Of a DNA stretch of 64,000 nucleotides, positions 56,901 through 64,000 are shown piece after piece; positions within the stretch are counted from its first letter, which is position 1, and every line of letters starts with the position of its first letter. The translations under genes and the position numbers were made by a program. Below the pieces are notes generated by a model that saw nothing but the letters and a program-made list of their open reading frames with translations, was not told the DNA's origin and ran no database searches. Source of the stretch: the human T2T-CHM13v2.0 reference genome, Homo sapiens; assembly GCF_009914755.1 (NCBI RefSeq), contig NC_060930.1, one strand, 5' to 3'.

Positions 56901-59900
56901 GGAGAGGAGCTACGGCGAAGTTAGCCGGATTCCCGGTTAGCTCTTTTTTTCCTGCCTGCAAAAAGTATTACTTCTCATCTTGTATATTTCCATGATGCTT
57001 TCATCCAATCTTTTTAAAAAATTTTTTAATCCTTTTTTGCTTCCTACCTCCTATGAAGTTTCTTTTTCTTCAGACGTCTCAAGTTTTTTTAGTCCATTAT
57101 CTGAAGAAAAGGGATTATACTGTAAGCACGTGTTTATTATAATTTATTTCCTGAAGTTTGACTGATATTGGCGTAGCCTGATAACTGTCCTTTCTCCCAG
57201 ACACTGTATGCTTTGATTGTTGTGATTCGCCACAGCCTAAAACCTAAAAGTTATAAAGGAACTTGCATTTATAGACATTCAAATTAACATTGTACAATTC
57301 TTTTATTTATTTATGAATTTATTCAAAGATCTCGAATTCTTCAATCCTTAGAAGCCTAAATTTTGAAAGGAGCAGGCCTTCACTTCTCTCTCACACACAT
57401 CTAATTGTATTTAAATATGACTACATATGAGATTGAGATAGTGAACTTTATGTCACTGGTCTAAATGGGTGCCTTTTAGTATTAAAAGAAATCAAACTCA
57501 GCTTTTAACATTTTTTCTATGAAATGGAGTCCCTAGAATATTTCTATGGAGTCTATGGTTTAACCATGTAATTATGTCTCTTGAGTAGATTATATTTTTC
57601 TTCCCATAATTATGTTTCACCCAAGAGACTGGAAAGGCTTTAGACCTGTCTTGGGTGAAATTGTTCTTCCTCTCTTCTCTCTTGATAAACGCCGAATCTT
57701 ACGTGCCTGACTCTGTTTAAGAGCTGAAAGGGGACTCTTGAAGATATGTGGTAGTGATTATGATTTTTTTCCTTTAGAAATTGGTTTATGTATTAAGAAG
57801 GGCCCTTAGAGAGAAGCTCTGTTAGCTCATTTTTGAAATGCCATCAGAGAAGAATCTTCTGGAAGCAGATTTGTTTATGATCTGTGGTCCTGTGTCTGAA
57901 GCCACACACTAACATTGTTCTAGGGCTGTCTCTACTCACGAGCTATCCTGTATCATATTGCATGGCTATTAATTTCCAGCGGCTCAAAGGGCTAGAGGCC
58001 TTAAACATGAAGACAGTTTCTTAGCCCATTTCATTATTCTAGTCCAGAAATAGTTTCTGACCTGAATCAGACAGTGCACTCTTAGGGAAAAAGATGACGC
58101 AGCAGCCTTTCCCAGCAAAGATTATAGACTCATCAATTTTACTGTGGGAAATGTTTCCCAATAACCAGCTTTTTTTTTTTCTGTCTTCTTTGTCTTTACT
58201 GGACAAAAGTACAGATAATTTTAAATTTATCCATGTTCTTATTTTTTAATTCAGCAATCATTTGTTGTGTGACTTCTCTGTACCTAGGCTCCAAGTTTGT
58301 GCTAGACATAAAATGTGACACCCATCCTTAAGGGGCTCTCAGTCAAGTCTAGGAAAATCTAAAATATTAGGGTTTGAAATTTTGTATAAATATTTTATGT
58401 CAATTCATAGTAAGTGAATGCTTACTGGATGCCTACTGCACATAAGCATAACCACATGTAGTAGACAAAACATAGTTGTCGCTGCTGTCAGCTTGCTGGG
58501 ATATAAATCAGAGGGATCATCAAGGCTCTCGAGACAGGAAACACCAGAACAATGTGATGACCAAGTTGAGCTTGGAAGGGATTTTGCCAAACGGAGTTGA
58601 TGCGGAGAGGGTGTTCCAAGTGGAGGGGACAGCTTGAGCAAAGGCACAGGGTGTATTTGGACTGTCGATAGACCAGTGTGAGTAGAGCACAAGCTGGGAG
58701 CAGTACAGTTGTAGCCATTGGAAATGAGAGTGACAACGCATATTGCGACCATATTTTCCAGGTCCTTATTTGCTGGGCTCAGGGGGCTCTATTTAATTCA
58801 ATAGACAATGGAAGACAATTGAAAGGTTTTGAGCAGGTAAGTGACATGAATGTTAGGATTTGGGGGCAGAAAGAATTTCAGAAATTATGGAAACTAACTC
58901 TTCATTTTTTGGTAGACGAGGAAGCTAAGACCAACAGGGTTCCATTTTGGTGCCCTTCCAAATATGCCAGGCTGCTACTCTGTTGTATTAGCCACAGGCC
59001 AGAGGTTAGGAGGGTTCTAGTGGAGGCCCATTCCTGAAGAAACTGTAGAAATGGGCTGGAGTGGATGATGGGGGTCTAGGAAAGGAGGTGACAAAGATAT
59101 GCCTAAGCTGGATTTTGAGTCTGAGAGACTAGAAAATGATGATGATGAAAATAAGGAAATCAGAAGAGAAGCTGGTTGGGATGGTTTGAGGAGGAAGGGA
59201 GGGGCAAAGGGCTTAATTAAACATTACAAGAGTATAGGTCTTTGATTCCTAGACATTCACAAACCACCAGTGAAATGTAGTCATCTGAACGTAAACAGAG
59301 GAGCAGACTTTCACTTTTCTCCGTAGTATCTTCATTTTTACATGTATGTAGGAATGCAGAAAATCAAAGTTTTTAAATTTAGAGCCTCAATAGTTATAAT
59401 AAAGTATGTGGATGAGAACTTTGCGTGGCTTTCCTAAGAATGTACTTGAGTCTGGGTAATCTTCCTTGTGCTATTGCTTTTGCTGGAAACCATCGACTGA
59501 ACTCCCTAAGATACAGTAAGGCTCATCCTTAGAAGTAGAAATGCAACAATTACATGTGGAATGCAATCGTGACTTTAAAATTAGTCAACCTGTTCCCTAA
59601 CGCTTCCCTACAAACACACTCCTTCATGTAGCACTTTTAGGATAGATTAGAAGTGAAGGATCTCATTATTTTTTTCCAAAACTGCTGTGGAATAGCAGCT
59701 CTGTGGACATATAACCAATTTTCTCTGAGAAATAGTAATTCTGATGCAAGTCCTCTCCTCTCTTCCTTTTTACTCCAGGGATCATTGTCACAACATTCTG
59801 AAACTGTTACATCCTGTGGCTTGAGCCCTAGAGTATTGGACCAGACTTTATTCAATCACATACTTGGTGACAGCAAAATTAGCTCATGTCTCCCCAGTTA

Positions 59901-59989
59901 CCCCTCTCTTCCAGTGAAGTCTGAATGCATGGTGGATGAGGCTCATGGACTGCCAAAGTATGGTTTTATTCATTAAGAGAGCTGTCTTT

Positions 59990-60002
59990 TTCCTTTCTTT
60001 TC

Positions 60003-60034
<32 letters not shown>

Positions 60035-60319
60035 GACGGAGTTTTGCACTTGTTGCCCAGTTTCTCACTTGTTGCAGTGGCTTGATCTCAGCTCACCGCA
60101 ACCTCTGCCTCCTGTGTTCAAGCGATTCTCCTGCCTCAGCCTCCCGAGTAGCTGGGATTACAGGCATGTGCCATCACGCCTGGCTAATTTCATATTTTTA
60201 GTAGAAACGGGGTTTCTCAATGTTGGTCAGGCTGGTCTCGAACTCCCGACCTCAGGTGATCTGCTCGCCTCGGCCTCCCAAAGTGTTGGGATTACAGGTG
60301 TGAGCCACTGTGCCTGGCT
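59990..60319 (-). mobile_element. AluSp/Sq-like with a local rearrangement
   Basis: 13-bp TSD gagagctgtcttt at 59977-59989 and 60320-60332. Confidence 0.96.
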
Positions 60320-60491
60320 GAGAGCTGTCTTTAAAGGGCAGATTCCCATAGGTACTGCATAGCTTAGAAGAATTAATGTATAGTAGTAAGACTAGAGTTA
60401 TAAAGTGGTTTGAAGAATGGTGTGCGTCTGTTTAGATTGATATCACACACATATATAGATAAGCGTATATATATGTGTGCATGGATATGTA

Positions 60492-60535
<44 letters not shown>
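60492..60535. repeat. Compound (TG)n(TA)n microsatellite
   Basis: Direct reading. Confidence 0.97.
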
Positions 60536-60739
60536 CACATATTTAGCATCATCTTATCTCACAAGATATTTATTATCAGGTTTTCATCATTTTTCTTCCA
60601 GCTAACTTTCCTTGTTTCTTCTCTGCTTATCAAAATCCTAGTCAACCTTCAAGGACAGGCATCATGATTTTGTCAGTGAGGTTTCCTCTTTCCCCTTAGT
60701 CAAAATCAATTGCTCCCCTGCACTTCCTATAATACTTCA

Positions 60740-61020
60740 ATACTTTTTAAATTTTTTATTATGAAAAATTTCAAACATAAAAATAAAGATTATATTGAAT
60801 ACAATACTATCTACCCATCACCTTTTATTTATTTTTTGGCATATTTCCTCACCTACTATTTTGCCCAAATATTGTAAAGCAAATACTGGTTGCCATGATA
60901 TTTAACCCCTAACTATATGTTAGCCCTTCTGAATAAGAAGGACATTTTTCTACATAATCACAGAAAGTACCACTTCCTTAATATTTAAAAACAGTTCATA
61001 TTCAGATTTTCTCAATTGAT
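60740..61020 (-). mobile_element. Ancient L1M 3'-end fragment nested in an L2 tail (about 60600-61200, + strand)
   Basis: ttttattatgaaaaatttcaaacata...ctacccatcacc; flanking L2 ccccactagactgtgaactccttgagggcaagga. Confidence 0.65.
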
Positions 61021-62529
61021 CCGCAATCATGGCATTTTAGTGATTGCCCTCACCACAGCCTCTCTTCAGTTATATTTAATTGCTTTCTTCCCCACTAGAC
61101 TGTGAACTCCTTGAGGGCAAGGATATTATCTTATATATTTTTCTATCCTCTCCTCCTCACAATACCTAGTGAGGCTTGCATGTAGTAGATAACCAGTACA
61201 CATTAGCTGCACTAACTGACCCAAATATGGACATGGTACTGCTTCCTTATTGATGCTCTATTACAGATCTTCTTTTAAACTTTATTTTATTTAAAAATTA
61301 TGTTTTCATGATACTTAGGATACAGGTAAATACCTAGGGAATTTTTAAAATCAAGTTAAAATACTACTCCAAAAAGATGAGCTGCCAAACATCATGCCCT
61401 AGTGATCAGCAAAATGATTCTGCTGTGCCATATTAGGGTAGACTGGGCATCACATGGCACACTCTTCATGAAAAGTGCCTTGTTTTTTGTAAGTGCATTT
61501 TGACATTCTTCAGGGTGCGCTGACTGGTGCAGTGCATCAGGTTGTGGATATAATACAGAGAATGTAAGTTTCTGGCTGGGGAGCCACGTAGCTCTCCGAA
61601 GTTGTTAAATGTTTCTCAATCAACTTTCATAAAAATGGGCAAAATGGGTCACATCACACAGAGTCAAGTTTACTTTCATAGTTCACAGACCACATTTTCA
61701 GAGTCTTCGTGTGCCAGTTTCAGATGTGTGATTTTTGAAAGCAGAAGTTATAATGGTAGTATTACTAACTTTCATTGTGGGTAGGGCACAATGGGGTGAT
61801 TCGCTAGACTATGGCTTAGGGACTTAACTGTTTCTCATTTGTCTTTGCTCTAAGGATGTGTGAATGCTGTGACCTTTTGATTATGCTTTCTTCTTGTGCC
61901 CCTGAATTTATTGCAACAAAAGTCATATTCAGCTAAACACACTCAACTTTTTGAAAGAAATCTTTTCTGGAAACCACTTTTTTGTTTTTAATTTTAAATT
62001 GATTTTTGATCATGATTTCCCCTGAATGACTGCTGCTGAACTATTATGAGCTGAAATAAGCTGGTTGGCAATGGGAGAGAAAACAGCCCCAGGCCAGCAA
62101 TCAGGAAAACTGAGTCTGGTCCTGCCACTAACTATATGACTTTAGGTAAGGCATGTCCCCTCTCAGGGACTCAGGGTCCTCATCCATAAAAGAAGCATGT
62201 TACTCTAAACTTTAGAGTCTAAATGATTTCTATTGCCCTTTCATCTCTCTGATTCCCAGTGACTTTCAACAATGCTTAAGAATTACAGTGAAAGTGAATA
62301 GGGTTTTCCAGAAAGAAAGCAAATTTTTACTTAAATGAATGTCCTTCAGTAAAATTTTGTAGGAAGCACCAGTAAGGGCTTATCTCTAGAGAAAGGTTTT
62401 GCCCACTAGATTCACTAGATTGTCAAACAAGAAGAACTTTTTTGGGGAAAGAATATGATATATATAATATGATGTCCTGGACCAGAAAATTTTCTTTCAC
62501 TCAAGGAATTTATCTAAAAGAGGAGAATA

Positions 62530-63349
62530 TTCATTCATTCACTTATTGCATAAATATTTACTGAGCACCCACTCTGTAGCAGGCACTGAACTAGGTTGTG
62601 AGATTATAGCTGTAAACAAGACAGAGGGCTCATTCTCATGAGACTTACAGTCTTACAGGAGAGACAAAAATAAATACACAAGATAATTATAGATTGTGGT
62701 GACTGCCATAAAGAAAATAAAGAGAGGGTGTGTTCAAGAGGGTGGGAACCTATTTTGGTTATGGGAGGCAGACAAGGCCTCTCATAGGAGGTGGTGTTCA
62801 TTCTGAGGTCTAAGGGGTAAGAAAGAGTGGGCCCTACAAGGAATCAGGGGAGAGCACTTCAGGAATATGGAAAGCTCTTGAGATGGGAAACTGAAAAGGA
62901 GACAGATTTTCAGCTGCCCAGAGAGAAATGCTAGAGTCTTAGGCCAAGGTTATATCAGTAGAAATGGAGAGAACTGAATCGATTTGAGATATAGCATTCA
63001 GAAAGAAATGGCAGGACTCGGTAATGGATTGAATGTGGAGAGTGAGAGATAAGGAGAAATCAAGGAAAATGTCTAGGCTTTTGGCTTAGGAAACTGAGTG
63101 GCTAGTGTCATTTACTGAGATGGGGGACTATTAGAGAGAAATAGGATTTTTTTGGAGGGGAGAATAAAAAATTCTGTTTTGAATATACTGCATTTAAGAT
63201 GCCTTTGGGACATCCCAGGGTAGATGTCAAGTAGGCAGTAGAACACACAAACCTGGAACTCAAGACAGAGGTCAGGGCTCAACCAGAAAAGGGGGAGTCA
63301 TTGCTATAAATAGGTAGTATTTAGTGCATGAGACTGAGATCACCTTGGG
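62530..63349 (-). mobile_element. L2
   Basis: tcattcattcacttattgcataaatatttactgagcaccc...tctaggcttttggcttagga...catttactgagatgggg...agatgtcaagtaggcag. Confidence 0.9.
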
Positions 63350-63525
63350 CAGTGGTTCTCAATCCTGGCTGCAGATTGGATCATGTGGTGAAATCTTGAA
63401 TAAAAGAGACCTTTTCCCCAGGTCCCACTATCAGAAATTCTGATTTAATTGATCTGATATGGGGCCTGGACATCCATGTTTCAAAGCTCCCTAGGGAATT
63501 TTCTTATTCAGCAATGATGGAAGGA
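63350..63525. mobile_element. MER5A-type hAT-Charlie MITE
   Basis: cagtggttctcaatcctggctgca...agaaattctgatttaattgatctg...ggggcctgg...aaagctccc. Confidence 0.85.
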
Positions 63526-64000
63526 TTCAGGGAGAAGTTCAGCTAGAGAAGGGATCCAGGACTGAGCATTTTTACATAGAGTCTCAAGTATAATACAGGA
63601 ATTTTCCATTCTTCATACCCTCCTCCTGTTTGGAACATCTACTCGTTGGCCCGTTGGATGAGGTTTAGTCCTCACTGCACTATGACAGAGTACCCTATCC
63701 TTGACTTAGTCAGTGTGTCCTTGGTCTTCCATGTTCTTAATTTCTGAAGGAATTGCTTGGGTGCTGGGGATTTAAGTACACCTTCTTTCAGCCCATCATT
63801 CGAGTGTTACCCTGATGTGGTTTAGTGGTAACAGGTATTTGTCATAGTTGAAATGTGAAGAACTTGTTTGGCTTTTGCTCTTCAATGTACTTTGTTCTTC
63901 AATGTACTTCATACATTATGAAGAGTGCATTTTGTTGTGGTTGCAGTGGTGTCTGTGAAGGGGCAGATATCTACAAAGAAAAATGCGTATGTTTTTGTAT

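Noticed and set aside
61400-61560. 8-bp inverted repeat tgtgccat/atggcaca and a GC-richer patch, possibly an old hAT MITE
   Set aside because: Stem short enough to be chance; family, TIRs and TSD could not be assigned.

Overview
Primate (very likely human) genomic DNA from inside the RUNX2 gene, transcribed on the + strand. Only two coding exons can be supported: 6683-6839 (157 bp) and 12766-12870 (105 bp). Together they encode the C-terminal two-thirds of the Runt DNA-binding domain ([10 protein letters not shown]...FVGRSGRG / [34 protein letters not shown]). The rest is AT-rich intron: the end of the upstream intron, a 5926-bp intron, and more than 51 kb of the next intron. It carries 15 Alus (two 5'-truncated), one fossil Alu monomer (FAM), L2, MIR and CR1/L3 relics, an MLT1 LTR, hAT and Tigger DNA-transposon relics (several nested, many with readable TSDs) and TG microsatellites. 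No other ORF in the track looks like a real gene. No new system can be proven from sequence alone. The best leads concern RNA processing around the Runt domain: (i) inverted Alus bracket the two exons and predict a 262-nt circRNA carrying a 90-codon ORF that wraps past its own start; (ii) several candidate cryptic exons lie in the introns, three next to UG repeats (TDP-43-type layout), plus an 18-nt in-frame microexon that would split the NLS, an Alu exon with a perfect GTAAGT donor, and candidate terminal exons giving Runt-only proteins; (iii) repeat-poor blocks with RUNX, AP-1 and ETS motifs may be autoregulatory enhancers. Repeat subfamilies and boundaries were assigned by eye and are approximate.
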